NCBI GenBank assembly: GCA_945787735.1 | Contig: CALZIQ010000002.1 | Location: forward strand, 5,654-69,653 | Reading direction: 5' to 3' | DNA from: an uncultured Chromatiaceae bacterium | GTDB taxonomy: Bacteria > Pseudomonadota > Gammaproteobacteria > Tenderiales > Tenderiaceae | DNA length: 64,000 nucleotides | Shown here: positions 51,673 through 63,254 of the stretch, piece after piece | Position numbering within the stretch: position 1 is the first letter of the stretch | Layout of the letters: every line of letters starts with the position of its first letter | Made by a program: the position numbers and the translations under genes | Notes under the pieces: model-generated | What the model saw: the letters and a program-made list of their open reading frames with translations, nothing else | Told to the model about the DNA's origin: nothing | Databases searched by the model: none

Positions 51673-53088
51673 GTGGCCGGCAAGACCTTATACGACAAAT
51701 TATGGGACGCCCACGTGGTGCGTCAGAGTGATGATGGTAGTTGTTTAATCTATATCGATAGGCAGTTGGTGCACGAAGTCACTTCGCCCCAGGCCTTCGA
51801 AGGCCTGCGCCTGGCACAGCGTAAGCCATGGCGCACAGATGCGAATCTGGCGACACCGGATCATAACGTGCCCACTACGGGTCAGGCGGCCGGGGTTGAA
51901 GGCATTGCTGATCCGATCTCTAAGCTGCAGGTGCAGACCTTGGATGCCAATTGCACCGAATTTGGTATCACCGAATTCAAGATGAACGACCCACGTCAGG
52001 GCATAGTGCATGTGGTCGGGCCGGAGCAGGGTGCGACATTGCCGGGCATGACGGTAGTCTGTGGTGATTCCCATACCTCAACTCATGGTGCTTTGGGTGC
52101 CTTGGCGCACGGTATTGGCACCTCTGAGGTGGAGCACGTACTGGCGACCCAGTGCCTGATCCAGAAGAAATCGAAGAACATGCTGATTAAGGTAAATGGC
52201 CATGTCGGTGCGGGTGTAACCGCCAAGGACATTGTGCTGGCAATCATCGGCAAGATTGGCACTGCTGGCGGTACCGGTTATGCCATTGAGTTTGCCGGTG
52301 AGGCGATTCAGGCATTGTCAATAGAAGGCCGCATGACTGTTTGTAATATGGCCATCGAAGGCGGTGCTCGCGCCGGCATGGTGGCGGTGGATGACAAGAC
52401 GATTGAATACGTCAAGGGCCGTCCTTATGCGCCGTCTGAAGATCAATGGGAAACAGCAGTGGCCGCTTGGCGTGATTTACACAGTGATGCCGGTGCTAAG
52501 TTCGATGCACTAGTGGAATTGAACGCTGCCGACATTCAGCCGCAAGTCACCTGGGGTACTTCACCCGAGATGGTTGTGCCAGTGGGTGACAAAGTGCCTA
52601 ACCCTGCTAACGAAGCGGATGCGGTCAAACGCACCGGCATGCAAAAGGCATTGGCCTATATGGGGCTTGAAGCGAATACACCTATCGATGAGATTGCCGT
52701 GGACAAGGTCTTCATCGGTTCGTGCACCAATTCGCGCATTGAAGACATGCGTGCCGCGGCGGAAGTGGCTAAAGGCCGTAAAGTGGCCGGCAGCGTTAAA
52801 TTAGCCATGGTGGTGCCGGGTTCTGGGTTGGTGAAAAAACAGGCAGAAGCAGAAGGCTTGGACAAGATTTTTACTGAAGCCGGTTTTGAATGGCGCGAGC
52901 CGGGCTGCTCCATGTGTCTGGCCATGAACGCCGACCGCCTGGAGCCGGGCGAGCGTTGCGCTTCGACCTCGAATCGTAATTTCGAAGGGCGTCAGGGGCA
53001 AGGTGGCCGTACCCATTTGGTTAGTCCAGCGATGGCAGCAGCGGCGGCGATTGCCGGTCACTTTACCGATGTGCGTGAGTTAGGATAG
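51673..53088 (+). CDS. leuC: 3-isopropylmalate dehydratase large subunit
   Basis: [47 protein letters not shown]. Confidence 0.98.
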   Translation: MAGKTLYDKLWDAHVVRQSDDGSCLIYIDRQLVHEVTSPQAFEGLRLAQRKPWRTDANLATPDHNVPTTGQAAGVEGIADPISKLQVQTLDANCTEFGITEFKMNDPRQGIVHVVGPEQGATLPGMTVVCGDSHTSTHGALGALAHGIGTSEVEHVLATQCLIQKKSKNMLIKVNGHVGAGVTAKDIVLAIIGKIGTAGGTGYAIEFAGEAIQALSIEGRMTVCNMAIEGGARAGMVAVDDKTIEYVKGRPYAPSEDQWETAVAAWRDLHSDAGAKFDALVELNAADIQPQVTWGTSPEMVVPVGDKVPNPANEADAVKRTGMQKALAYMGLEANTPIDEIAVDKVFIGSCTNSRIEDMRAAAEVAKGRKVAGSVKLAMVVPGSGLVKKQAEAEGLDKIFTEAGFEWREPGCSMCLAMNADRLEPGERCASTSNRNFEGRQGQGGRTHLVSPAMAAAAAIAGHFTDVRELG

Positions 53089-53100
53089 GGGGAGCGAGTT

Positions 53101-53736
53101 ATGGAAAAGTTTGTCACATTAAACGGTATGGTTGTGCCCTTGGATAGGCCTAATGTCGATACCGACGCCATCATTCCTAAACAGTTTTTGAAGTCGATCA
53201 AACGTTCTGGTTTTGGTCCTAATCTGTTTGATGAGTGGCGTTATCTCGATCATGGTGAGCCGGGTATGGACAACAGCACGCGGCCGCTGAATCCTGAGTT
53301 TGTTTTGAATCAGGCGCGTTATGAGGGTGCACAGGTGTTGCTCGGGCGTGACAATTTCGGTTGCGGTTCATCGCGTGAGCATGCGCCTTGGGCGCTGGAA
53401 GATTATGGCTTTCGTTGCATCATCGCGCCTAGCTTTGCCGACATCTTCTACAACAATTGTTTCAAGAACGGCATTCTGCCCATAGTGTTGGATGCAAGCA
53501 TCGTGGATCAATTGTTTAAGGAAACTGAGGCGAGCGAGGATTATCAGCTGAGTGTGGATTTGCCTGAGCAAAAAGTAACCACACCATCAGGTGAATCGTT
53601 TGCATTTGAGGTGGATGAATTTCGCAAATATTGTTTGCTGAATGGCCTCGATGATATCGGTCTTACCCTGCAGCATGTGGATGACATTAAGGCTTACGAA
53701 GAAAAACGCAAAGCCGAAGCGCCCTGGTTGTTTTAA
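53101..53736 (+). CDS. leuD: 3-isopropylmalate dehydratase small subunit
   Basis: [28 protein letters not shown]. Confidence 0.98.
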   Translation: MEKFVTLNGMVVPLDRPNVDTDAIIPKQFLKSIKRSGFGPNLFDEWRYLDHGEPGMDNSTRPLNPEFVLNQARYEGAQVLLGRDNFGCGSSREHAPWALEDYGFRCIIAPSFADIFYNNCFKNGILPIVLDASIVDQLFKETEASEDYQLSVDLPEQKVTTPSGESFAFEVDEFRKYCLLNGLDDIGLTLQHVDDIKAYEEKRKAEAPWLF

Positions 53737-53742
53737 AAATAT

Positions 53743-53866
53743 ATGTAGGGTGGGTTAGCGCAGCGTAACACACCGAGCTGTGCCGATAGGCACTCAACAA
53801 TGATTTTGTTGCTGTGCAACGCTGTGGTGGGTGATGACGAAAAAACGTGTCTAACTCACCCTACAT
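53743..53866. repeat. Inverted pair of GTAG-family REP elements (REPIN/BIME-like)
   Basis: ATGTAGGGTGGGTTAG...GTAACACACC on the left, GGTGGGTGA...CTAACTCACCCTACAT on the right. Confidence 0.75.
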
Positions 53867-53892
53867 TTACACATGAGTTTGAGAGAAAAAAG

Positions 53893-54966
53893 ATGACAAA
53901 GAAAATTGCAGTTCTGCCTGGTGATGGCATTGGTCCAGAGATCGTTCGTGAAGCGGTCAAGGTGTTAGAAGCGCTAAAGGCCAATCATGGTCTGGATATC
54001 GAAATGACTGAAGGCACCATCGGTGGCGCTGGTTATGATGCGGCGGGTGATCCTTTGCCAGCAGAAACGCTTGAACTGGCCAAGGCCTCTGATGCCGTAC
54101 TACTGGGCGCTGTCGGTGGCCCACAGTACGACAGCCTGGATCGTCCTTTGCGTCCTGAGCGTGGCCTGTTGCGCATTCGTAAAGAGCTTAACTTGTTCGG
54201 TAATCTGCGTCCTGCGCTGCTCTATCCAGAACTGGCAGAGGCCTCTACGCTGAAACCTGAAGTGGTTTCAGGTTTAGATATCATGATCGTGCGTGAATTG
54301 ACAGGTGATATCTACTTCGGTCAGCCGCGCGGCATCGAAGAGCGCAACGGAGAGCGCGTTGGATTCAATACCATGGTGTATTCAGAATCTGAAATCCGTC
54401 GTGTGGCCGACATGGCCTTCCAGATCGCGATGAAGCGCGATAAAAAACTCTGTTCGGTGGAAAAGGCCAATGTGCTCGAGTGCAGCGAGCTGTGGAAAGA
54501 AATCGTTATCGAGGTCAGCAAGGACTACCCAGAGGTAGAGTTGAGTCACATGTATGTGGACAACGCCGCCATGCAGTTGGTGCGGGCACCAAAGCAGTTT
54601 GATGTGATCGTGACCGGTAATATCTTCGGCGACATTTTGTCCGACGCGGCCTCAATGCTGACGGGTTCTATTGGCATGCTGCCATCAGCCTCGCTGGATG
54701 AAAAGAATAAGGGTATGTACGAGCCGATTCACGGTTCTGCACCGGACATTGCCGGAAAAGATATCGCCAATCCGTTGGCGACAATCCTGTCTGTCTCGAT
54801 GATGTTGCGTTACACTTTTGCAGATGAGGCGCAAGCGCAGCGTGTCGATGATGCTGTGGCTAAGGTTTTGGCGGATGGTTATCGCACTGTGGACATCTAC
54901 TCGGAAGGGACGAAGAAGGTGTCCTGCTCTGAGATGGGTGATGCAGTCGTCGCTGCATTGTCTTAA
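53893..54966 (+). CDS. leuB: 3-isopropylmalate dehydrogenase
   Basis: [37 protein letters not shown]; start ATG 53893. Confidence 0.98.
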   Translation: MTKKIAVLPGDGIGPEIVREAVKVLEALKANHGLDIEMTEGTIGGAGYDAAGDPLPAETLELAKASDAVLLGAVGGPQYDSLDRPLRPERGLLRIRKELNLFGNLRPALLYPELAEASTLKPEVVSGLDIMIVRELTGDIYFGQPRGIEERNGERVGFNTMVYSESEIRRVADMAFQIAMKRDKKLCSVEKANVLECSELWKEIVIEVSKDYPEVELSHMYVDNAAMQLVRAPKQFDVIVTGNIFGDILSDAASMLTGSIGMLPSASLDEKNKGMYEPIHGSAPDIAGKDIANPLATILSVSMMLRYTFADEAQAQRVDDAVAKVLADGYRTVDIYSEGTKKVSCSEMGDAVVAALS

Positions 54967-54986
54967 TAGTTTTGAGGGATAAACAA

Positions 54987-56099
54987 ATGAAACGAGTAGG
55001 ATTGATCGGATGGCGCGGCATGGTCGGTTCAGTGCTGATGCAACGCATGCGCGAAAACAACGATTTTGCCGATATCGAGCCGGTGTTTTTCACCACCTCA
55101 CAGGCCGGTCAGCCTGGCCCCGATGTAGGCAAGGATGTGCCGGCGCTGAAAGATGCAAAAAGCATCGACGAGCTAAAGACGATGGATGTCATCATCTCTT
55201 GTCAGGGCGGTGACTACACCAAAGAGATCTATGCGCCGTTACGTGCCGCTGGCTGGAATGGCTACTGGATCGATGCTGCTTCGGCCCTGCGCATGAAAGA
55301 TGATTCGATTATCGTGCTTGATCCGGTCAACAAGGACGTGATCAAGGATGGTTTGGCGAACGGCGTTAAAACCTACGTGGGTGGTAACTGCACCGTCAGC
55401 CTGATGTTGATGGCTATCGGTGGACTGTTTGAAAAAGGTCTGGTGGAGTGGATTACGCCGATGACTTATCAGGCTGCATCCGGTGCCGGAGCGCGCAACA
55501 TGCGTGAGTTGATTCAGCAGATGGGTGCCGTCAATGCTAATGTCGAGTCACTGTTGAATGATCCTGCTTCTGCCATCCTGGAAATCGATAAAAACACAGC
55601 TGAATTCATTCGTTCTGCTGATTATCCGACTGAGTCTTGGCCGGTGCCCCTGGCTGGTTCACTGATTCCATGGATCGATGTACCGCTTGAGTCCGGTCAG
55701 AGCAAGGAAGAGTGGAAGGCCCAGGTTGAGACCAACAAGATCCTCGGTCGCAGTGATAACCCAGTGCCGATTGATGGGCTTTGTGTGCGCATTGGTGCCA
55801 TGCGTTGTCACTCTCAGGCCTTGACCATCAAGCTGACCCAGGACGCGCCGCTGGATGAAATCAGCGACATCATTGCCAGCCATAACGACTGGGTCAAGGT
55901 CGTGCCGAACGAGCAGCAGGTTACGATGACAGATCTTACTCCGGCTGCTGTGACCGGCACCTTGACGGTTCCAGTTGGACGGATGCGTAAGCTGAGCATG
56001 GGTAATGACTACCTGTCGGCCTTCACAGTGGGGGATCAGTTGCTGTGGGGTGCGGCGGAGCCGCTGCGCCGTATGTTGCGCATTCTGCTCGAGGATTGA
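54987..56099 (+). CDS. asd: Aspartate-semialdehyde dehydrogenase
   Basis: [19 protein letters not shown] (catalytic Cys), [26 protein letters not shown]. Confidence 0.97.
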   Translation: MKRVGLIGWRGMVGSVLMQRMRENNDFADIEPVFFTTSQAGQPGPDVGKDVPALKDAKSIDELKTMDVIISCQGGDYTKEIYAPLRAAGWNGYWIDAASALRMKDDSIIVLDPVNKDVIKDGLANGVKTYVGGNCTVSLMLMAIGGLFEKGLVEWITPMTYQAASGAGARNMRELIQQMGAVNANVESLLNDPASAILEIDKNTAEFIRSADYPTESWPVPLAGSLIPWIDVPLESGQSKEEWKAQVETNKILGRSDNPVPIDGLCVRIGAMRCHSQALTIKLTQDAPLDEISDIIASHNDWVKVVPNEQQVTMTDLTPAAVTGTLTVPVGRMRKLSMGNDYLSAFTVGDQLLWGAAEPLRRMLRILLED

Positions 56100-56105
56100 T
56101 GCTGA

Positions 56106-57128
56106 ATGAGCAAGATGTATAAGGTCGCTGTGGTAGGCTGCGACACACTGGTCGGTGAAGCCATCCTGACGCTGCTGGAAGAACGTGAATTTCCGCTTGA
56201 ATCTATTCATGCGGTATCAGACAACGCCGGTGGACGGGTCGCTTTTAAAGAGCGCCATTTGAAAGTCGAACCGCTGGCGAAGTTTGATTTTTCACAGGTT
56301 GAGCTGGCCTTCTTTTGTGTTGATGAGGCGCTGGCGGAAGAGTTTGCCCCGAAGGCGGCAGAGGCGGGCTGTGTGGTGATTGATGATAGCCCCTGTTTTC
56401 GTCTGGAGGAGGATGTGCCGCTGGTGGTAGCCGAAGTCAATCCTGAGACGATTGCCGATTACGCAAAACAGAACATCATCGCCAATCCCGGTACCAACGC
56501 CACGCTGCTTACTACCGTGCTTAAACCATTGCATGATGTTGCCGGTATTGCACACATCAATGTTGTGACACTGCAGGCGGTCTCGGGCAAAGACAAAGCT
56601 GGTGTGGAAGAGTTGGCTAAGCAATCTTCGGCTATCTTTAATTTAAAGCCCATTGAGAGTGAAGTTTTTGAGAAGCAGATCGCATTTAATATCTTGCCCC
56701 AGATTGGTGCTATCCTAGATGACGGTTATAGTCGGGAAGAGGTCAAGCTAACGTGGGAAGCGGCCAAAATCTTTGCCCGGAAAGAGCTGCCTGTCAGCGC
56801 CACATGCATTCGTGTGCCTGTTTTTCATGGCCACGCGATGGTGGTGAATCTTGAAACAGAGCAGCCCATAACTGTGGAGCGGGCCAGGGAGTTGCTCGAG
56901 AATGCAGCCGCTGTCAGATTGATGTTAGATGATATTCCCACCCCTGTGACCGACGTGGCTGGTGAAGATGTAGTTTTTGTTGGCCGATTGCGCCAAGACT
57001 CGTCGCATGTCAAGGGTTTAGATTTATGGCTTGTCGCCGATAATGTACGAAAGGGGGCCGCTCTTAATAGTGTCCAGATAGCAGAAATTCTGATAAAACA
57101 ATATTTGAACCGAGTATCAGGGAAGTGA
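56106..57128 (+). CDS. usg: Asd paralogue (Usg-like), catalytic Cys absent
   Basis: VPLVVAEVN, QAVSG, RVPVFHGH, DNVRKGAALN; IIANPGT where active enzymes have IIANPNC. Confidence 0.75.
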   Translation: MSKMYKVAVVGCDTLVGEAILTLLEEREFPLESIHAVSDNAGGRVAFKERHLKVEPLAKFDFSQVELAFFCVDEALAEEFAPKAAEAGCVVIDDSPCFRLEEDVPLVVAEVNPETIADYAKQNIIANPGTNATLLTTVLKPLHDVAGIAHINVVTLQAVSGKDKAGVEELAKQSSAIFNLKPIESEVFEKQIAFNILPQIGAILDDGYSREEVKLTWEAAKIFARKELPVSATCIRVPVFHGHAMVVNLETEQPITVERARELLENAAAVRLMLDDIPTPVTDVAGEDVVFVGRLRQDSSHVKGLDLWLVADNVRKGAALNSVQIAEILIKQYLNRVSGK

Positions 57129-57246
57129 TTATTGGTTGTTTTGTGAACAAAAGCCGGATGTCTGGTCGTGTTCAAAAAAAATTAACTAAATATTCAAAAT
57201 AACCGAACGATAGCCGTTATACAGTATGGCTGGATGTTGAGATAGG

Positions 57247-60186
57247 ATGAAAACCAGGATCGGGAAATTGAGTAAGGGATTCAAAAAACGTCGATTAGCA
57301 ATAGCATTAAGCACTTGGATGATGGCAGCATCAAGCCTTGTTCATGCCCTTGGTATGGGAGAGATTGAGGTTAGTACTTCCCTCAATGAGCCTCTTAACG
57401 CGAAAATCAAACTTTTTTCTGCATCTTCGGAAGAATTAAGCAGCTTGGCTGTCAAAATGGCCTCTCAGGATGCTTTTAATCGCATGGGGATCGAGCGTTT
57501 ACCTGTGTTGCGCGATCTTGAGTTCGAGCTAGTCAGTTCTGGGGCAGGCTCACCTTATATACAAGTCATATCATCCAGAGCCATCAAGGAACCCTTTCTA
57601 GATTTTATTCTTACCATCAACTGGGCCAGCGGCCAGATGATGCGTGAGTACACATTATTGCTTGATCCCCCTGTTTTTGAAAAAGATCAACAAGTTGGCC
57701 GCATTAGTGCAGCCACAACCCAGCCGGCAAAAGTGGTAAGGGAGCAGCCCGCTGTTTCAACCGCACGGCCGCGCGTAGCATCACCTGGAAGTTATGGTCC
57801 TACTAGCCGGAAAGATACTCTCTGGACTGTGGCACAGGATATGCGTCCTGACAGGTCGGTGAGTGTGCCGCAGATGATGATCGGTTTGCTGAAAAAAAAT
57901 CCAGAAGCATTTGATAATAACAACATTAATAATCTCAAAGCGGGATACATTCTGCGTTCGCCGGAAATGGAGGTTATTACAGAATTAAGCAAGCAGCAGG
58001 CAGCTGCTGAGTCTAATCGCCAGTATCAGGACTGGTTAGCGAACAAAGGTAAGGCGGCACCGTCAGCGGCGGGCCAACAACAGCGTGTTGCGGCTGCGCC
58101 ATCTGCTGCCGAAACGACAAGCAGCAAGCCTGCTGCAGCCCCTGCGGTGGCTGAAAAAACCTCGACTGGGGCTCGGTTGCAGCTCTTGACGCCTGACGAG
58201 GAGGCCAAAATTCGCACTGGCGTTGGCTCGGGCAGTTCAGACGAGTCCATCGAAGTGCTGCAGCGGCAGCTGTCGGTGGCATTGGAATCTGCAGAAGCTG
58301 GTCGCCAGGAAAATTCTGATTTGCGCATGCGTCTCGAAGAGCTGGAAAAGCAATTGCTGTCAGTACAAAAACTGTTGACTCTCAAGGACGACACGTTGGG
58401 TACGCTGCAAGCGGATGCGCAGCAAAAAGATCAAGTTGAGGCTGTAATCCCCGCTGAAGAGGCAGTGGATACAGCCAGTGAACAGGGTGAGCAAGCTTCG
58501 GCAGTTGCAGAGAAGCCTGCCACGCCTGTGATTCAGCCAGAGCCAGTTGAGACTTCTCTGCTGGATGAGGTAATGGGTAACAAGAACTACTTGTACGCCG
58601 GTGGCGGCTTGGTGGTTCTATTGTTGCTGGTTGCAATGATCATGCGTCGCCGCAGTCATTCTGACGACGAAGATGATTATACTCTGATTGCGCCGGTGAC
58701 CAGCGCCACACCTCCCGCCGAGAAAAGCCAAAAGAGTTTCGACAATGCAGCTGCGACCACAGCGACTGCTGCGGCAACTGCCGCTGTTGCAACTCAGGCG
58801 GCCGAGGCAGAAGAGGAGGCAATCTCCGATGATTTTGGTGCTGGCTTAGGGGCCATTCAGGCTGAAGAGAGTGAAATAGATCCTATCGCCGAGGCGGATG
58901 TATATCTGGCCTATCGTCGTTACGAGCAGGCAGAGGCCTTGCTTAAAGAAGCCATCAGTGCAGATGCGGGTCGCAACGAGCTGAAGCTGAAACTGCTTGA
59001 GATTTATCATGCCACCAAGGATGTTGAGTCTTTTGAGGCCCAGGCGGAATCACTCTATGCCGCACTTGCTGGTCAGGATGATCCATTGTGGAATCAGGCT
59101 GTTGAGATGGGGCGCGAATTGTTGCCTAATCATCCGCTGTTTGGTGAAGGTGGTGCAGCCGTCGATGCTTTGTCAGATCTTGGAGAGGATGTTGATCTTG
59201 CTGGCGGAGAAGAGTTTAACTTTGATGATGAGCAACCCCTATCTGAGGATGCAGCTGATCTGAGCGATAACGATCTTGCCAGCAGTCTCGGGTTTTCAGG
59301 GCTTGAAGAGGCTTCGGCAGGCGATGCTGGTGTCACCGCCGCCACGACCGATGATAGTGTTGACTTATCACTAGATGACCTGGGTGATCTCGATCTTGAT
59401 CTGGACTTAGGTTCGGCGGATGAGCTTGATCTTGGCGGGGATACCAGTGCAGAATCGTTGGCTGATGAATTGGCCGGATTTGAAGCTGGGAGCGATTCAG
59501 TTGATGAAGCCTTTGATCTCGATACTGAATTGGCCGCATCACTTGAAGGTAATGAGCTTGATCTTGATGCCGAGCTTGAAGCAATTAGCGCTGATGAGTT
59601 GGCTCAAAACGCGCCTGCAGACGATGAGAGTTTGGATGGCTCGGACTTGGGAGATCTGAACAATATTGTCAGTGGGCTTGAGGATGTTGAGACAACAACA
59701 AAAGACGAGTCCGCCCAGGATGAATTGGAAATAGAAGTGCCTCAGTCTGAATTTCACGCTAGTGATGTCGAAAGTGAAATGGATAATTTGCTTGATATTA
59801 CAAATAGAGAAGAGTCGAGTGACGAGATTGATCTCGATCTGCCGCTAGATTTAGACCTTGGTGTGTCTGATACAACAGGGCAGACGGATGTCGCAGAAGG
59901 TCTTGAGTCTATTGTCGATAGCGGTTCTACTGAGCTGGACAAAATAGATCCACTGGTGGATATTGCAAACTTGGGCGAAATGGATTTCAGTCAAATGTCT
60001 GATGAAGGTAATGACGACATTTTCGATAACGCGGATGATATGGTGGGCACTAAGCTTGATCTAGCTAAGGCCTATATTGACATGGGTGACCAGGATGGTG
60101 CTCGCTCGATTCTTGGTGAGGTTGTGCAAGAAGGTGATGATGATCAGCGCGAAGAAGCCGAGCAGCTGATGCAACAAATCTCATAA
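57247..60186 (+). CDS. fimV: FimV/HubP polar landmark protein
   Basis: ALGMGEI..LNEPL, LysM DTLWTVA, TM, DPIAEADVYLAY, acidic region, TKLDLAKAYIDMGD C-terminus. Confidence 0.95.
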   Translation: MKTRIGKLSKGFKKRRLAIALSTWMMAASSLVHALGMGEIEVSTSLNEPLNAKIKLFSASSEELSSLAVKMASQDAFNRMGIERLPVLRDLEFELVSSGAGSPYIQVISSRAIKEPFLDFILTINWASGQMMREYTLLLDPPVFEKDQQVGRISAATTQPAKVVREQPAVSTARPRVASPGSYGPTSRKDTLWTVAQDMRPDRSVSVPQMMIGLLKKNPEAFDNNNINNLKAGYILRSPEMEVITELSKQQAAAESNRQYQDWLANKGKAAPSAAGQQQRVAAAPSAAETTSSKPAAAPAVAEKTSTGARLQLLTPDEEAKIRTGVGSGSSDESIEVLQRQLSVALESAEAGRQENSDLRMRLEELEKQLLSVQKLLTLKDDTLGTLQADAQQKDQVEAVIPAEEAVDTASEQGEQASAVAEKPATPVIQPEPVETSLLDEVMGNKNYLYAGGGLVVLLLLVAMIMRRRSHSDDEDDYTLIAPVTSATPPAEKSQKSFDNAAATTATAAATAAVATQAAEAEEEAISDDFGAGLGAIQAEESEIDPIAEADVYLAYRRYEQAEALLKEAISADAGRNELKLKLLEIYHATKDVESFEAQAESLYAALAGQDDPLWNQAVEMGRELLPNHPLFGEGGAAVDALSDLGEDVDLAGGEEFNFDDEQPLSEDAADLSDNDLASSLGFSGLEEASAGDAGVTAATTDDSVDLSLDDLGDLDLDLDLGSADELDLGGDTSAESLADELAGFEAGSDSVDEAFDLDTELAASLEGNELDLDAELEAISADELAQNAPADDESLDGSDLGDLNNIVSGLEDVETTTKDESAQDELEIEVPQSEFHASDVESEMDNLLDITNREESSDEIDLDLPLDLDLGVSDTTGQTDVAEGLESIVDSGSTELDKIDPLVDIANLGEMDFSQMSDEGNDDIFDNADDMVGTKLDLAKAYIDMGDQDGARSILGEVVQEGDDDQREEAEQLMQQIS

Positions 60187-60201
60187 ACTCTAATTGATCA
60201 T

Positions 60202-60924
60202 ATGAACGTGGAAGCCGGATGGTACAGCAATGTGCATCCGGTTTTGCGCATTATCTGCTTTATAATTTTTAGTCTTTTTGTCGCGCTTGGAAACGTAGGT
60301 CAACTGAGTGTGGCGGCCTGTTTTGTCGTCATGCTGTTCATTACGACAGGGCGGCAAGCTTGTATTGGTCTCTGGCCCATGTTGCGTCGCATGCGCTGGT
60401 TTTTTCTCTCCATTTTCATTGTTTACGCTTGGCTTACGCCGGGTGAGTCGTTACTGTTCGGTGTCGATAACGCGCGATGGTTGCCGACTAACGCTGGTGT
60501 GCTCGAGGGGCTGAGGCGATTGCTGGCATTGGTCTTGATTATTGCTGCCGTGCATTGGCTACTTTCTGTCACTAAGCGAGACCAGTTGGTGTCGGCGCTA
60601 TATTGGTTGGCGGCGCCGATCCAGTTATTTGGATTCTCTCGCCAACGTTTTGCTGTAAGGGTTGCGCTGATTCTTAGTCGGGTTGTCGAGGTACAGGAAC
60701 TGGTCGGACAAAAGGTGCAACAGGCAGGCGTAAATAAGGGGGATATAAAAGCCTATGCTGCCGTGACGGCGGCATTGACTGAAGAGGTGATTGTTCTGGC
60801 TGAGCAAAGCCTATGCCAGCAGATTGAGATCGATGTAGCTAACAGGCCGCCCGTCTGGCAATGGACATTGCCGCTGCTTCTGACGGCCACTATGTTGCTT
60901 GCCGGCGGATTGCTATCGGCTTAA
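60202..60924 (+). CDS. CbiQ/ECF T-component-like membrane protein
   Basis: [13 protein letters not shown]...[12 protein letters not shown]; several TMs; follows fimV. Confidence 0.65.
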   Translation: MNVEAGWYSNVHPVLRIICFIIFSLFVALGNVGQLSVAACFVVMLFITTGRQACIGLWPMLRRMRWFFLSIFIVYAWLTPGESLLFGVDNARWLPTNAGVLEGLRRLLALVLIIAAVHWLLSVTKRDQLVSALYWLAAPIQLFGFSRQRFAVRVALILSRVVEVQELVGQKVQQAGVNKGDIKAYAAVTAALTEEVIVLAEQSLCQQIEIDVANRPPVWQWTLPLLLTATMLLAGGLLSA

Positions 60925-63104
60925 GCGGTTTTGCGCAGTACCAGGGCTGCAAGCGGTGGCAAGGTCAATTCAATCGAGTGCGACTGATTCATCCAGGCTT
61001 TTGCCTGGCTAGGGATATGGTGGCCGTTGCCAAGATTGCTGCCGCCATAAAATTCAGAATCGCTATTCATAATTTCCTGGTAAACGCCTTCGTATGGCAC
61101 CCCTATACGATAGCCTTCGCGTGGCTGAGGGGTGAAATTGAGTATAACTAACACTATCTCATCACCATCACGGCGCATGTAGCTCAATACAGACTGTGAA
61201 GCATCATTACAATCGACCCATTCAAAACCCTGACCTTCGAAATCGAAGCGGTGCAGTGCGGGTGTGTCCTGATAAAGGTGGTTCAGGTCGCCCACCAATT
61301 TTTTTATGCCCTGATGTAAGGGGTAGTCGAGCACATACCAGTCTAGCTCGGTTTTGCAGTCCCACTCATTACCTTGGCCAAATTCACACCCCATAAACAA
61401 CAATTTCTTGCCGGGGTGGGTAAACATGTAGGTGTACAACAGACGTAGGTTGGCAAAGCGTTGCCACTCATCGCCAGGCATTTTGTAAAGCATTGACCCT
61501 TTTCCGTGTACGACTTCATCATGCGAGAATGGTAGAATGAAGTTTTCGGTAAAGGCATACAGCAGGCTGAAGGTCAGTTTGTCATGGTGATAGTGGCGGT
61601 AGATTGGATCCTTGCTGAAATATTCAAGCGTGTCATTCATCCAGCCCATGTTCCATTTCATGCTATAGCCCAGGCCACCGAGATAGATTGGGCGCGATAC
61701 CATTGGCCAAGAGGTAGACTCCTCGGCCATGATCAGGCTGCCTGGGTGTTTTTCATGCGTGACTTCGTTGAGCTGACGAATGAACAGGATCGCATCCAGG
61801 TTTTCGTTGCCGCCGTATTTGTTAGGCACCCACTCGCCTTCGTTGCGTGAGTAGTCGAGGTAAAGCATTGAGGCGACAGCATCGACACGCAGTCCGTCGA
61901 TATGGAACTCTTCCAGCCAATAGAGTGCGCTTGAAAAAAGAAAATTGCGCACCTCGTTGCGTCCATAGTTGAAGATTAAAGTACCCCAATCCTTGTGTTC
62001 ACCCATGCGGGGGTCTTCATGTTCATAGAGGGCGCTGCCGTCAAACTGAGCCAGGGCGAAGGCGTCTTTGGGGAAGTGGCCGGGCGCCCAGTCGAGCATC
62101 ACGCCGATGCCGTTTGCATGGCAGTAGTCGACAAAATATCTGAAATCATCGGGCGTGCCAAAACGGCTGGTCGGAGCGTAATAACCAGTGGTCTGATAGC
62201 CCCAGGAGCCATCGAATGGATGCTCAGTGATTGGCAACAGCTCAATGTGTGTGAAGCCCAATTCTTTGACGTAATCAACCAGGCGAACGGCGATATCGCG
62301 GTAGTTGAGGAAGTTGCCCTGTTCATCCATTTGCCAGGAACCCAGATGAACCTCATAGATGGACATCGGCTCATGCAGCCAATCGCGTTTTTCGCGATAA
62401 TCAACCCAGGCTTCATCGTTCCATTGATACTCGGTTTCTGCGGTAACAATGGATGCCGTGCCCGGGCGAAGTTCAAACTGTTTACCATACGGGTCTGTTT
62501 TTAGCAGGATCTGGCCGCCGATACGCGAACGAATCTCGAACTTATATAAGGTGTTTGCCGACAGACCGGGTATGAACAGTTCCCAGATACCTGAACCGCC
62601 ACGGACTCGCATTGGGTGGCAGCGGCCGTCCCAGTTGTTGAAATCCCCCGTCACGCTGATGCGCTCGGCATTCGGCGCCCAGGTCGCAAATAAGACGCCA
62701 CTGATGCCGTCGATCTCCATCGGTCGCGCGCCGAGAATGTGATAAGCGTGCCAGTGCTTACCTTCGCCAAACAAATGCAGATCAAATTCAGACAACACCG
62801 GTTCAAAGCTGTAAGGATCGTATTTGATATGCGTGTGATCTTGCTCGTCTTGCCAGGCTAACTGATAGTGTCTGGGTAGATCGGCAGCGTTACCTTGCCA
62901 TTGAAATAAATCAGTTTTACCGATGCGGTCGAGCTGCATCTCTGTTTCGACAACGCGGACTGCTTTTGCCCGCGGAATAAAAGCGCGAATCGCTACTTCC
63001 TTGCCAAGCGGATGACGACCTAAAACCGAAAATGGATCATGGTGGTTTGCATCGAGGATACGTTGCAACTCAGGGGAAACATCCTTTGTTTTCTTGGTAG
63101 CCAT
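60921..63104 (-). CDS. glgB: 1,4-alpha-glucan branching enzyme
   Basis: [45 protein letters not shown]. Confidence 0.98.
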   Translation of the reverse strand: MATKKTKDVSPELQRILDANHHDPFSVLGRHPLGKEVAIRAFIPRAKAVRVVETEMQLDRIGKTDLFQWQGNAADLPRHYQLAWQDEQDHTHIKYDPYSFEPVLSEFDLHLFGEGKHWHAYHILGARPMEIDGISGVLFATWAPNAERISVTGDFNNWDGRCHPMRVRGGSGIWELFIPGLSANTLYKFEIRSRIGGQILLKTDPYGKQFELRPGTASIVTAETEYQWNDEAWVDYREKRDWLHEPMSIYEVHLGSWQMDEQGNFLNYRDIAVRLVDYVKELGFTHIELLPITEHPFDGSWGYQTTGYYAPTSRFGTPDDFRYFVDYCHANGIGVMLDWAPGHFPKDAFALAQFDGSALYEHEDPRMGEHKDWGTLIFNYGRNEVRNFLFSSALYWLEEFHIDGLRVDAVASMLYLDYSRNEGEWVPNKYGGNENLDAILFIRQLNEVTHEKHPGSLIMAEESTSWPMVSRPIYLGGLGYSMKWNMGWMNDTLEYFSKDPIYRHYHHDKLTFSLLYAFTENFILPFSHDEVVHGKGSMLYKMPGDEWQRFANLRLLYTYMFTHPGKKLLFMGCEFGQGNEWDCKTELDWYVLDYPLHQGIKKLVGDLNHLYQDTPALHRFDFEGQGFEWVDCNDASQSVLSYMRRDGDEIVLVILNFTPQPREGYRIGVPYEGVYQEIMNSDSEFYGGSNLGNGHHIPSQAKAWMNQSHSIELTLPPLAALVLRKTA

Positions 63105-63254
63105 TCTCGAGTATCGCCGCTATAGTATTTAGAAAAGATGATAACATAACTTAATTGCATATCGATGCTGCGGATTGTTAAGGGTTTGTCATCAGTTTGT
63201 AAGAATCCGGCATCGAGTATGTGTCAGATGGCAATAAATAAAAGGGGTGGAGAA

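Noticed and set aside
58980-60000. Repetitive acidic DNA (GATCTTGAT-like) as a repeat array
   Set aside because: It is the normal low-complexity D/E/L-rich cytoplasmic region of FimV
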